A stretch of 64,000 nucleotides of DNA from Nymphaea colorata. Taxonomy: Eukaryota. Under the pieces are notes generated by a model. The model saw only the letters and a list, made by a program, of their open reading frames with translations, did not search any database and was not told where the DNA came from. Below, in pieces: positions 39,678 to 53,597 of this stretch. Every line of letters begins with the position of its first letter. Positions within the stretch are counted from its first letter, which is position 1. Location of the stretch: contig NC_045138.2 of NCBI RefSeq assembly GCF_008831285.2, positions 40,424,001 through 40,488,000 on the forward strand. The letters are read 5' to 3'. The translations under genes were made by a program, and so were the position numbers.

Positions 39678-40106
39678 ATGGCAGTGGCTTTTGTCAAAGT
39701 ACTGAGCATCCTGGTGGTTGCCTTGTTGGTGGTACCTGGCGGGCTGAACTCCGGCCAGGTGAAGGCGGAGGACTGCCGGAAGGAGAAAGAAGAGGTGATA
39801 TCTCTCTGCGGCAAGTACGCCCTGAAACGCAACCAACTTCCAGGGCCGCCGCCTGCAGCTTGCTGCAGCAAGATCAAGGCTTCTGACATTGCTTGTGTCT
39901 GCCGAGCTCTCACTCCTGCGGAGGCGAAAAATTACAATATGACCTTGACTGGCAGAGTTCTCCGGGAGTGTGGCTATGCCGTTCACGCCGGCTTCAAATG
40001 CGGCGGTAATTCTCAACCCCTATACTTTATGTTTACACTCGCCTTACTTCAACCCTGAGTGTATTCATTTTTTCTGGATTCAGGTGACATCGTGCCTGAA
40101 GCTTGA
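39678..40106 (+). CDS. nsLTP-like protein, copy 3 (lineage A); exons 39678-40005 and 40084-40106
   Basis: Near-identical to copy 1. 78-bp intron. Ends GDIVPEA*. Confidence 0.9.
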
Positions 40107-40417
40107 AGATGGCAAAGGAGCAGCGTTTGTGAATGATGTGGGTGCCAGCTCGTGTTGAATGAATCATGCATCTATAGAACTTGTGTGCCTTTTGTTCCGT
40201 GATCTATCAGATGTTGTGCTTCTATTTATTATCTAATAAATAAAGCAATGAGCATGGCTGTTTGTATCCATGATGGGTCTAATGCTTTTGATTTGGTTTA
40301 TGGACAAGAGCCAGCAAATAAAATGAAGCGATCGGCCGTAATGCCAAACTCTACGGCTGCTTTGTCGGAAAGAACCTTGAAATTTTATACTTTTTTACCA
40401 AAAGCGTTAAAAAAAAT

Positions 40418-42472
40418 TGAATATCTAATTAATACATTTAGTTGTAAATTTTGTTCTTCTTTCACCTGTACAAAGTCCTCATTATCCACATCTACCTTTT
40501 GTAGTGCAATGGTTCATTTAACTTCGAATTAAGATGGTTTAGATCTTCATCTCCTTCAAAGTTAAATTCCTTACCATTTACATTTCAATTTTTACTGCTT
40601 CCTTTTCTATAAAAAGATAAGAATTAAGAATATAATTATGCTGTAATCAACAAATATATACAAAAAAATTACAATACAATAACTGTTGATTTACTTGTAT
40701 TCATTACTGTTTTGTGAAAGTAACCGAAGGTTAAAATGCACATAGACTAAATCTTCCACACGCTTGCTTGTAAGTTTGTTTCTCTTAATGTTGTGAATAT
40801 GTTAATAGATGCTCTAACTCCTTTCATGTGAAGTAAATGTGCTTTAACTCTTGTATATGTTTTACTGAACTCCTTCCTACAAAAAGAGCATTCAAACATT
40901 ACATCCCCACCACCTGGAAGAGCTTTTCCTTTCTTTTCCACATAACCCCATAATGATTGGTCCTCTTGTAACTGGCACAACTTGAACTTGTAGGTGTAGA
41001 AACAGTTCCCTTACTTTACTTGAAGTAAACATACTATAAGTCTATAAAAAAGATAATCAAACAAGCAAGTAACATAAATATACTCGATAAAAATAAATGA
41101 GCATATAACCTAAATCAAGTCAATTTTTGTTAGTTATGGAGCGACAGCATCTGTCCCTAAATTAAATGTTGAGTAATGGATCAACAGATAAGAGGCAACT
41201 AACTTGAAGCATAAGTTTTGGAAGATTATGATAAGACTGCATTCTGTGTTCAAATGATTGAATCTAAGATGAAGGGGATGCCCTCAGTTGGCTAATAAGG
41301 GTAAGTAGTGCGACAGGAAAATTTCACTCAGAGTTTATTAGTTCAATCAAACAAGGGAAAGCAAATTTGTGTTGTTGATTGAGCACAAATAAGTGCGACT
41401 GACTGCATTCCATATTCATGTTCTTCAATCAAATAAGTGGAACGTGAAGATTACAAGAGCATTGTCCAGTTTCATCGCCATGCCAATTTGGGAAAACTAA
41501 CAAAGAACGTAACGAACCACTTATGCAAACAAGGGAAAGCAAAGAGTCACATATTCCCAATATACGAACCTTCATATCATGCTTAATGAAATAGGAATTC
41601 GACGATTCGTGTGAAACAAAAAAAAAAAAAATCAAAGGGACGGGTCACGGATAGGTTTCTACTCTTTCGTAATCAAGAGAAAGAAACAGAGGCTGGCCCA
41701 CTCACCGTCCATCACCTCCGGAGCCCTCGCCGTCCACCGCCGCTCCATTGCTAGTTGTCATCCACCGACGTTGCCGAAAAGACCAGTAAACCCAAGGCGG
41801 CCTACTCACCGTCTGTCGCCGTCCACCGCCACGTTAGGTTTTCTTCTGTTCGAAGCTATGTCACAATGGTACGGGTACGGGTTCGGATACGAGGGTATGG
41901 GTACGGCATTTTTTAAAGTCTTGGTGCGGGTACGACGACTATTATATTCAAAAAAATAATTATTATATATAATTAAACCACAAGTTGTAACAAAAAAGCG
42001 AACAAAAAGAAGCTCCTAAGGAATAAGTTATCAATGTTTCATCTTGTTAACGAGACTTCTTATGTTAAAGTAAAAAAAAAAAAAAGTAAAGGATAAGTCT
42101 TTTTTTTAGTTATAATGTAGTTTGGATCTGGTTCCAACTCGAATCCAAATCCAAATGTACCGGGCCATACCGCTGTACCAGTACCGCCATACCAGGTGGT
42201 ACGCCACCAATTGGGCGTACCATTGTGACATAGGTTCGAAGCTTTAGCTTTTTGAAAAGAAACAAAGGCAGAGAAGGAGGAGAACTGGAGAATAAGACGA
42301 GCGTCATGCAAAATGCGTTAGGTTTTTGTTTTTCCAGATTAAAATATGGTTTGGATCTGGTTTCGACCCAAAACCATATCCAAATGTACCACCAGGTACC
42401 CCCGGTACCGGTACTAGTACTGTTGTACGGGCTTACCAGTACTGGTACGTGGGCTGCCGAGGCGTGACATAG
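40418..42472 (-). mobile_element. Truncated hAT-type transposon with a BED zinc-finger transposase fragment
   Basis: ORF 40747-40980 reads LWGYVEK...FECSFCRKEFSKTYTRVKAHLLH, BED-finger-like. Terminus GTGACATAG at 42464-42472, with GTACC-rich subterminal repeats. Array-unit homology breaks at ~40418 and resumes at 42473. Confidence 0.7.
41856..42233. mobile_element. hAT-type MITE (378 bp) nested in the larger hAT relic
   Basis: Perfect TIRs CTATGTCACAATGGTAC / GTACCATTGTGACATAG. 8-bp TSD GTTCGAAG at 41848-41855 and 42234-42241. Confidence 0.92.
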
Positions 42473-45400
42473 CTTAATGGACTTTTTCATGGTTTACCAT
42501 AGTAGTATTTTGGTATTTTAAAGTATAAATTTTTTCAAGTAGCACTTTTGCTCTCATAGACAAAGGAAGTACCTGACCCCATAAAAAAAGTTAATAAAAA
42601 AAATTAATAAGTTTGAGAAATTTTAAGTCTTGTTAAAAATCGCCTCCAAATGGCAAATTTTCCCTTCATTTCAAGTGTTTTTTTTTTAAAAAAATGCCTA
42701 AAAATTTTGCAATAATAAAAAACATTCTTGAATTTCCATTGTTGTTTAAAATACACTAAATTTTGCACCGTTTATGAAAAACGACCTTCGGTATATTTCA
42801 ACCTCCAAGTCTTCCTCTAAAGATAAAATGACAATAACACCTTTAACACAACTAAGTGTTTTATATTAAACATTTAAATATAGTTCTTTAAATTTCCAAC
42901 GATTGTATTCATTGATCAAGTTTTGTAAAATTTAAAATTAACTATTTTTATTCATATCAAAAGTAATTAGCTCACGATTTTTCAGTTAATCCCGGAAAAT
43001 TATACTGCAAGAAAATTAAATATGTTCACATACTTAGCTATACTTGCATGTTAGCTTTAAGTATAGCATCAGTAAGAAAACAGCAAAGGAAAGAACATCT
43101 TGGCCCTCAGTTTTGGGGATGGCCAGCTTCTTCCTATATTCGAAGCTTCCGTGAGAAGTTTTACACAACAACAATGAGGAGAATGGGCTAGATCGGATCG
43201 CCTTGTCAGTATGCACTCTAACAAAAATGATGTCGAAATTAAAGAGGCAGCTTGCATTTACAATTGTGTTTCGAGTTCGACATTAATTTTGGTTTTATTA
43301 ATTTCTTTGTTTCTCTTTTATCTCTCTGTTCTTTAAGTTTGAAGGCCAAATTAAACATTATTTCATTCAATTCGGCCAGCAATCACGATAAACAGTAGTT
43401 GTTTCACAACGCGGTTTAGTTACATTTAGCACAAATAAATGCTTTACATTAATTATTTACATTAGCTTTTTTGAGCTACCAACAATTATATTCATTAATC
43501 AAGTTTGGTTACATTTAAATTAATTATTTTTATTGATATCAAAGGCAGTTAGGCTACAAGTTTTTAGTTAATTTCCAGAAAAATATATTGCAAGAAAATT
43601 GAGTTAACATGTTCACAAAGTAAGCCATACTTGCATGTTATCTTCTAGAGGAAAAAATAAAAATTATTATTAGCTTAATAGCTATTTTGAAAAAAAAATG
43701 AACATATGGACATTTTGAACTAACCAAGAGAAATTGGGCACGTGTCAATGTCAGGATTTTAAAATTAAAACATGACACAGTAAAAGGGAGAAAATGTAAA
43801 TAGGCACTTGCTTGGTTGCTCGACAAAATGAGTATCAATAGCAGAACAGCTCTACTGTAGAGAGAAAGATAAGATTTCGACGAGTACGATCCCAATTTAC
43901 GACACATACTCATATCCAATCTTTATTGTATTTTCAAATTCAAATTATTTATCGGACCTGGATTCTGTTTCTGAGTCCAATTAGGACATTTGAAGCCATT
44001 TCCTTTTCTTTACCGGATCGGATAAGAGAAAATTGCTAATGTTTAGAGTCAGCAGCTTCATTGCGTATAAGGAAAGCATTATATGACATATAATGTTAGT
44101 ATCTCAACACTTAACAGGGAAAAGCCATGCAACGTGAAGACCTGCGATGCTTATGGCAATATCAATGACAGTATCTCAACACTTAACAGGGGAAAACTAT
44201 GCAAGATGAAGTCATGCTTGTGGCATTGTCAGCCAAAAACATCAACCGGTTGCTTTCATTGATGACAGCTTGACAGATCCTGATGTAACCTCCTTAGAAC
44301 TTGCACACTGGAGAAGGTGCAATCATATGATCATTCCTTAGATCATAAATTATGTTTCTTAAGAACTAGCTGACAGTGTCATCTGGCCAGAATATTCTTC
44401 TAATATTTGAAGCTTTCGGCAGAGTTTTTCTGCAACAACAAGCAACAGAATAGGCTTGATTGGATCGCCATGACGAAGAATTACCCGAAATCGATGGCTC
44501 GAGTCATTACTAAGAAGATGAGACTGAAATGATCTCCAATGGCGGTCGATACAGCTGGCGCTTTTCAGTAGTGACAGTTGCATACTGCTTTCATTGATGA
44601 TAGCTTGAAAGAACCTGATGTAACCTCTTTAGAACTTGCACACTGGAGAAGCATATGGTCGTTTCGTAGATCATAAATTCTATTTCTTAAGACTTACCTG
44701 ACAGTGTCACCTGGCCAGAACATTCTTCTTATATTTGAAGCTTTGGGAGAGTTTTTCCACAACAGCAAGCAACAGAATCGGCGTCATTAGATCGCCATGA
44801 TGAAGAATAATAAAAAAAAAAAGCAAGGTTGAAGGCTCTGATTCTTTTATGAAATTTGAACAATGAAATACTCTCTTGCTCACCTAAAAGAACACCACTT
44901 ACCAAAACTAAAGTGCAGCTTGCAAGCATAATTTTGTTTCGGCATTATTGTTGGTTTCATTATTTGCTTTGCTCATTTATTCTTTCAAGTCCCAAGACTA
45001 AAATAGACGTTCCACGGCACGACAAAATAGACATAATTGTACGGACACAAATTATGAAGTCATATTTTCATTGAAGACCATAAATTTAGAATAATTTCGG
45101 AAACAGGATCCACGTTTATGTGAGCTTAGAGCATTTTTCATATTATGCTGTTGCCTTTTCATGTTTTACCAGAGGAGTAATTTGGTAATTTTAAAGTGTA
45201 AAATGACAAGAAGGCCTTTTAACACAAATAAATGTTTTACAGTAGTTATTTACATTAGGTTCTTTGAACTACCAACAATTCTATTCATTGTACAAGTTTA
45301 GTTACTTAACTTGATTATATTTTTGATACCAAAAATAATTAGGTTCTGATTTTTCAGTTAATTCCAGAAAAGTACATTGCAACGAAATTAAATATGTTCA

Positions 45401-45743
45401 CAAAGGCAGCTATACTTGCATGTTATCTTTTAGAAGGAAAAATAACAATTTTTATCAGATTAACGTTAATTTGACGAAAATAACATGAGGATGTTTGGAA
45501 CTAACCAAGAAAAATTAGATATAAGTCGATGCCAAGATTTAAAAAATTTAAAACACAAACATTAAAACAGAGAAAATGTGGATAGGCACTTCCATGGGTG
45601 CCCGACAAAATGAGCATCATCACATGTCCATGGTGGATAAAACTCAGTTTGGATGCAGGGGACTCTGTCTATATAAACCACACCCATGCATTGGGTAGAG
45701 CAGCACAGATCTACTCCAGAGAGAAAGAGAGAGGGAGAGAGAG

Positions 45744-46172
45744 ATGGCAGTGGCTTTTGTCAAAGTACTGAGCATCCTGGTGGTTGCCTTGTTGGTGGTA
45801 CCTGGCGGGCTGAACTCCGGCCAGGTGAAGGCAGAGTCCTGCCGTAAGGAGAAAGAAGAGTTGATATCTCTCTGCGGCAAGTACTGCCTGAAGCGCAACC
45901 CACTTCCAGGGCCGCCGTCTGCAACTTGCTGCAGCAAGATCAAGGCTTCTGACATTGCTTGTGTCTGCCGATCTCTCACACCTGCGGAGGTGAAGAAGTT
46001 CAATATGACATTGGGTGGCAGAATTCTCCGGGAGTGTGGCTATGCCGTTCACGCCGGCTTCAAATGCGGCGGTAATTCTCGACTCCTATCCTTTATATTT
46101 ACACTCGCATTACTTCAACCGTCAGGGTATTCATTCTTTCTGGATTCAGGTTACATCGTGCCTGAAGCTTGA
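45744..46172 (+). CDS. nsLTP-like protein, copy 4 (lineage A, 9 Cys); exons 45744-46071 and 46150-46172
   Basis: 8-Cys motif plus one extra Cys (KYCLK). 78-bp intron. Ends GYIVPEA*. Confidence 0.9.
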   Translation: MAVAFVKVLSILVVALLVVPGGLNSGQVKAESCRKEKEELISLCGKYCLKRNPLPGPPSATCCSKIKASDIACVCRSLTPAEVKKFNMTLGGRILRECGYAVHAGFKCGGNSRLLSFIFTLALLQPSGYSFFLDSGYIVPEA

Positions 46173-48839
46173 AGATGGCAAAGGAGCTGCGTTTATGAAT
46201 GATGTGGCTGCCAGCTCGTGTTGAATGAATCATGCATCTGTGGAACTTGTGTGCCTTTTGTTCCGTGATCTATCAGATGTTGTACTTCTATCTACTATCT
46301 AATGAATAAAGCAATGAGCATGGCTGTTTTTATCCATGATGGGTCTAATGCTTTTGGTTCGGTTTGGGACAAGAAGCAGTTAAGATCTATGGTCATGTCA
46401 GCCATTTATTGTCATATGCTGCATGCAGAGGGAGTTGACGACGATAAAACTAGAACCAGTAAATAAAAAAGCGATCGGCCGTAACGCCAAACTCTACGGC
46501 TGCTTTCTCGGAATCAACCTTGAAATTTCATACTTTTTAAAAGTTACTTTTTTTTTTCTAACATTGGGAACTTAAATTCTGGTTGCTTTTCACATTTGCG
46601 AGAAAAAAATACTACATAATGGTCAAATTTCTGTTTTTCGAACTGAAATGCTCCTAAATTGACTGCAATTCATGATTCACAAACCGATTCGGTTGATTCG
46701 ATTTCATTAATCAATTTGATTTTAAATCCACAACACTCCTCTCGACATGAACGTACACCCCCTTCTTTAAGAAAGCAAGTTAAAATATTTATTAGTAGGA
46801 TGAACGAGGAATTGGCTTGTTGCGATAGTTGCTAGCTAAGAGTTAATTAACGGATATATACTTACTCACCAGACCGTCACCAACATGGTCAGGCGCCTTA
46901 ATTTCAATTTATTATAGACGTCACCTGTCAGTTAATATTATTTTGGCTGGATGGAAAACTAAATTAAAGGCGTTATTTGTTTGAGCTTGATCACATGATC
47001 AAATATGTTGGGATCCATTGTCCCTCCAAATTCCATTTACTGTCTCTTCTACTGCTAGCTATACTGTTGTTGTCCAGTCCTTGCCAGATCTTTCTTAATT
47101 AGATACAGAGTTGCATTTGGATTTGCATTTCTGAAGCCAAATTAAGTTTTCGACGAGTAAGACCCCAATTTATGATGAAATCCGATCTCTTTTCATGTAT
47201 TTTCAATTCAAATCATTGGGATTTGGTTGTCGGATCTTATTCTAAGTCCGATTGGGACATTTGAAGCCATTTCCTGTCCTTAAGCGGATCGGACGAGAAA
47301 AGAATTTTGATGCCTAGAGTTAGCAGCCTTCAATGTATATAAGGGAAGCATTATGTGACATGTATTATGTGTATGTAAATTGGCATCTGCCGGATGACAT
47401 TGCTGGATGTGTAAAAATTAAATATCTGTTATTAAAAAAAGTTGTATCATCATGTTTTTAACAATGGCTTATAGTGCTTTCATTTATGGATTTTTAATTT
47501 TTTATCATCCAGTATCGCGCGAAAAACATAGACACCCATCATTGTCAACTTTGCATAAACTTTATTTGCTCTTCGTTGATAGCTTGTTTAAGAGCCATTC
47601 TCAGCCCCTAACAAATTCGTCAAAAGCGTGGTTGCTTTCATTGATGGTAGCTTGAAAGAACCTGATGTAACCTCTTTAGAATTTGCATGCTGGAGAAGGA
47701 GCAACCATATAGTCATTTCGTAGTAAAGACCTAGCTGGTGGTGTCACCTAGCCAGATTCTACCTATATTGGAAGCTTTCGTGAGAGTTTTACCACGGCAA
47801 TAATGAGCAGAATAGGCGATTTCAGATGGGCATGACGAAGAATCACCCGAAACGATCTCCAATGGCCGTCGACAGCTGGCTTTTCTCAGTAGTGGGAGTC
47901 GCAAAGCCGACAACTTCCCTCTGTTTCTTCTATAGTGACTCAATGAAATCCTTTAAAACATCACCTTTTTGAGAGGTAACGTAGCGTTTTGCAACGAAGC
48001 AGGTTGGGGGTGTGCATGAAAATTCGGTGCACAAGAGCGAAAATGACCAAAATGCTCTTATTAAAATAATATAAACTTTTTTAAAAAAAGTAAAAACGAT
48101 TTAAAAACAAAAAAAAAGTGTAAAATGTCTACTAAAAAATAAAAAAACGCCCCTACCTCCATTGGTGCATATTTGTTGCGTTTGTGCACGCAACGCAATC
48201 TGGTTTTGCAATGGGTCGAACCCACAAAGCTCACTCACTTTTTTTTTTTTTTTTAACTTGTCCTTTTCAAGTGGACGGGTCTACCTACTTTGGGAGTGTT
48301 TGGACATTAATTTTGGTTTTATTAATTTCTTTGTTTCTCTGCCACTATGAAAACTAAAACAGCCGTGATATCAATTCGGCATCTTATCACGATGAACATT
48401 GCTCGTTGCACGGCACGGGAGAATAAAGTGCAAGTAACGACATCTGGATGTGAAAGCACAAGCAAACAGCTTTATGCGTGTATGGCTGCACGGATAGAGA
48501 TGACAAAGTCACATTTTCATTTGAGGCCACAACTTTGGAAAAATTTCAGAAACAGGATCCATGTTTGTGTGAGCTTAATGGACTTTTTCATGTTTTACCA
48601 TAGTAGTATTTTGGTAGTTTAAAGTATAAAAATTTTCAAGTCGCAGTTTTGCTCTCATACACAAAGGACTTACGTTATATGGTTAAGTCAGGACCCATAA
48701 AAAAAACCTTAATAAGTTTGAGACCTTTTAAATCTGGTTAAAAATTGCCTGCAAATGGTAAATTTTCCTTTTCTCTCAAGTGATCTTTTTTAAATGCCTA
48801 AAAATTTTGCAATAATAAAAAACATTCTTGACTTTCCAA

Positions 48840-49179
48840 TCCCGGCCCGATCGGACCCGGGTTTGGACCGAGAAAAACCTGACCCGAGCCCGATAGGCTG
48901 GCCCGACGGCGGCCCGGCCCGACTCCTACTCCCCCTCTCCCTCTCCCTCCTTTGGTCCCACTCTCCCTCTCAGCTCCCCTCTCCCTCTCTGTTCCCCCTC
49001 TCTCTCTCCTTTCCCGTCTCCCTCCCCCTCCTCCTCCCTCATTGTCACCGTTGCTGCAATCGGAAGGTGACGGGAAGGCTGAGGAAAGGGGGTCGGGAGA
49101 ATCAAGAGGGTGGGGGGAAAGGGGCAAGGAGGGTAGGAGCTGGGTCCGTCGGCTCAGCCCGGCCCGATGCCCACCCCTA
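48840..49179. mobile_element. Left-truncated hAT-type MITE related to 11340-12267
   Basis: Right end ggcccgatgcccaccccta resembles ggcccgatgcccagcttta. Flanks ctttccaa / ctttctat are degenerate copies of the empty site ctttccat seen at ~28012 and ~59707. Confidence 0.7.
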
Positions 49180-49788
49180 CTTTCTATTGTTGTTAAAAAT
49201 ACACATAAATTTTATCAAAAACCACCTTTTGTATATTTAAACTTCGTCTTCTTCTAGAGATAAAATGACAAAAACACCTTTAACACAAATAAGTCTTTTA
49301 TATTAATAATTTAAATATAGTTCTTTAAATTTCCAACTATTGTATTCATTGATCAAGTTTAGTAAAATTTAAAATTAATTATTTTTATTCATATCAAAAG
49401 TAATTGGCTCACGATTTTTCAATTAATCCCAGAAAATTATAGTGCAAGAAAACTAAATATGTTCACATAGTTAGCTATACTTGCATGTTAGCTTTTGGAG
49501 GAAAAAATAACAATTTCAATTGTCAAAAATAAACGTGAGGATATTTTGAACTAACCAAGAAAGCGTCGATGTCAAGATTTAAAAACTAAAAATAGATATA
49601 TTAAAAGAGAGAAAGTCTAGATAGGCACTTTCTTGGGTGCTCGGCAAAATGGGTATCATCACATGTTCACAATGGGTAAAACTCAGTTTGGAGGCAGGAG
49701 ACCTCTGTCTACATATACAAACCCGTGCATTGGGTAGAGCAGCACAGCTCTACTGCGGAGAGAAAGAGAGAGAGGGAGAGAGAGAGAG

Positions 49789-50692
49789 ATGGCAGTGGCT
49801 ATTATCAAAGTACCGAGCATGCTGGTGGTTGCCTTGTTGGTGGTACCTGGGGGGCTGAACTCCGGCCAGGTGAAAGCAGAGGCCTGCCTCAAGGAGAAAA
49901 AAGAGTTGCCCTGAAACGCAACCCAGTTCCAGGGCCGCCGTCTGCAAGTTGCTGCAGCAAGACCAAGGCTTCTGACATTGCTTGTGTCCGCCGAACTGTC
50001 ACTCCTGTGGACAAGAAGATTTTCAATACGAAATTGGCTGCTACCCTTTTCCACCAGTGTGGCCTTCCCCTCCCCGCCGGCTTCAAATGCGGCACTACTT
50101 CTCAACTCCTATACTTTATGTTTACACTCGCATTACTTCGACCCTCAGGGTATTCTGGTCCTCCTCTTCACCCTGAACCCTAGGGGTCCTTAGCATTGTA
50201 TCCGTGCTTGGGTTGGAACTTATCCTGCATGTCAACCAGTACTGCATCGCTCCTCTCTTGTCCCCTGCACAAGGGGTGTGAACACTTCTACCACTTGAAG
50301 TCTTGAACCAATGACCGGTTGCCTAAGGGTTCCCCTTTGAGTAATCTTAAGATTTATAACTAGTTCATTATGAACAAGTCACTCTTGAAAATATTCGTAA
50401 AAGAATTTGTTTTTCTTAATATTAAAAGTATATTACAAGAAAAAGTTAACAAGTAGGTTATGTTTTAATTGTAGAGAAAAAGTAAATACACCACGTATTC
50501 AGTATGGCAAAACGCACAAGCTGTTTGGCCTGCCTCCTAATCAAATCGGGTTATCTAAAATTTTGAAAGCAGATCAGAATTCTCTTGTCGTACCAAGTTC
50601 AAATTGATAGGTTCACGTGTTTGATGACTAACTGCAAGTGTCCGTAGTTTTCTTGTGTTGTGGATTCAGGTTAGATCCTTCCTGAAGCTTGA
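49789..50692 (+). pseudogene. nsLTP-like pseudogene, copy 5
   Basis: A 22-nt deletion removes Cys2 and gives TGA at 49912-49914. Splice donor GT is changed to CT (50095-50096). Exon 2 (50670-50692) begins GT TAG. TATA altered to tacatatac. Confidence 0.88.
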
Positions 50693-51813
50693 AGATGGCG
50701 AAGGATATATGTTTATGAATGGTGAGCGTGCCAGCTCTTGTGTTGAATGAAGTATGCATGTGTAGAACTTGTGTGCCCTTTGTTCTGTGATCTACCAAAT
50801 GTGCTTCTATCCATTAGCTAATGAATAAAGGAATGAGCATGGCTGCTTGTATCCATGATGGGTCTAACGCTTTTGGTTCGGTTTAGGACAAGAGCCAGTT
50901 GAGATCTATGGTCATGTCAGCCACTTATTGCCATACACTGCATGCACAGGAAGTTGACGAGAATAAAAGTAGAACCAGTAAATAAAATGAAGCGATCGGC
51001 CGTAATGCCAAACTCTACGGCTGCTTTCTCGGAATCAACCTTGAAATTTTATACTTTTTTACCAAAAGCATTAAAAATTATTTTTTTTCTAATATTGGAT
51101 TAAATTCTAGTTGATTGCTTTTCACATTTGCGACAAAAAAATCTTCATAATGGTCAAATTTCTGTTACTCGAACTGTGACGCTCCTAAATGAACTGCAAT
51201 TCATGAGTCACAAACCGATTCGATTTCATTAATCTTGGGAATTGGCTTGTTGCCATAGTTCCTAGCTAAGAGGTAATTAACGGATATAGACTTGTTCACC
51301 AGACCGTCACCAACATGGTCAGGCGCCTTAATTTCAATTTATTACAGACGTCACCTGTCATTCAATATTCTTTTAGCTTGATGGAAAACTAAATTAAAGG
51401 CGTTATTTGTTTGAGCTTGAACATATGATCAAATATATTGGAATCGATTGTCTCTCCAAATTCTATTTACGGTCTCTTCCACTGCTAGCTATACTGTTGT
51501 TGTCCTCGCCAGATCTTTCTTAACTGGATACAGAGTTGCATTTGGATTTGAATTTCTGATGCCCAATTAAGTTTTCGACGAGTAAGATCCCAATTTATGA
51601 TCAAATCCGATCTCTATTCATGTATATTCCATTTAAATCATTGGGATTTGGTTATCGGACCTTATTCTGAGTCCAATTAGGACATTTGAAGCCATTTCCT
51701 GTCCTTTATCGGATCGGATGAGAAAAAAATTTCGATGCTTCGTGTTAGCAGCCAGGTAAACATTATGTGACATGTATTATGTGTATGTAAATTGGCAAGC
51801 GTGTGTATGTGTA

Positions 51814-51959
<146 letters not shown>

Positions 51960-53304
51960 GAGTGAAAATCTGCCGGGTGATATTGCTGGATGTGTAAAAA
52001 TTAAATATGTGTTACTAAAAAAAGCTGTAACTGGACAATAAGCGACAGTGTATGACATAGCTACAGTTGGAGATGTTTTTAACAATCGCTTATAATGCTT
52101 TCATTAATGGACTTTAATTTTTTTTATCGTCCAGTATCCCGCGAAAAACATAGACACCCATCATTGTCAACCTTGCATAAACTTTAATTGCACTTCGTTG
52201 ATAGCTTGTTTAAGCGCCATTCTCAGCTCCCAAGAAATTCGTCAAAATCATGGTTGCTTTCATTGATGGTAGCTTGAAAGAACCTGACGTAACCTCTTTA
52301 GAATCTTCATGCTGGAGAAGGAGCAACCATAGAGTCATTTAGTAGATCATATATTCTATGTCTAAAGGCCTAGCTGATAGTGTCATCTGGCCAGATTCTT
52401 CCTATATTGGAAGCTTTCGTGGTAGTCTTTCCACGTCAATAATGAGCAGAATAGGTGAAATCAGTGGGGCATGACGAAGAATTACCCGAAATCGACGGCT
52501 ACAGTCATAACTAAGAAGATGAGACTGAAATGATCTCCAATGGCCGTCGACAGCTAGCCTTTTTCAGTAGTGGCAGTTGCAAAGTCGACAACTTCCCTCA
52601 GTTTCCTACTCAATGAAATGCTTTAAAAAAACACCTTTTTTCAGAGGTGACATAGCGTTTTGCAATGAAGCTGGTTGGGGTGTGCATGAAAATTTGGTGC
52701 ACAAGAGTGGAAATGATCAAAATACTCCTACCAAATAACAAAAAAAACTTTTTAAAAAGGTAAAAATGATTTAAAAACTGAGAAAAGTTTAAAATGTCTA
52801 TTATTTTAAAAAAAAATTAAAAATGTCCCCATCCCCATTGGTGCATATCTGTTGAGTGCACTCAACTCAATCTGGTTTTGCAATGGGTCCAACTCACAAA
52901 GCTCTTTTAACAGGCTTTTTTCAAGTGGACGGGTCTACCTACTTGTTTGGTATTGATCATGGTTCTTCTTGTGAATAGTCTTTGTTATAGTGCATTGTTC
53001 TATTCTAAAAGAATATCTTAGTTTTTTTAAATCCTTGGTAATACCAGATCTTGGATGTATTTTTTCTTCAACTATTGACAAATAATAAGATGAGACGATG
53101 CAGCATATATATCCTAGCCCACTTATTTTCTTCAATTAGAATGCCTTCAAAACATTTTTTGTAAAACGAAAGTTTGGGTTTGTTTTCACCATCTCAACCT
53201 CAATTCATCTAATAATTCACTATAACTATACAATGCTAGGGAACTGTCCTGAATAAGCTTGTTTCCGCACCTAGCTAGTAGGCAATCAGTCACTAGTTTG
53301 TGAA

Positions 53305-53597
53305 TGTAGAAAGAAAGAGGAGCAAGAAACAAGCAAGATTTAACGTGGTTCGGTCTGCTCAGACCTACATCCACGACAAAGGCTCCACACTTCGTTTTGT
53401 ATTTTTCATTATTTTTGGGCCAAAGGCAATACACGTGATATATGAGAGCTTCCACCAAAATGCCTAACGAATGTGGAAGGCTCTCTCACAAGGCAATACA
53501 ATAAAAGAAACTATGATAGTTTCTAAAACATGCACAAGGAGAGAACGGCAATATGACCAACGGGTGGGAACAATAAAGGAAATTGGATTCTTCAACA
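53305..53597 (-). repeat. 3' LTR (293 bp)
   Basis: Matches the 5' LTR with about 8 substitutions counted by eye. Confidence 0.92.
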
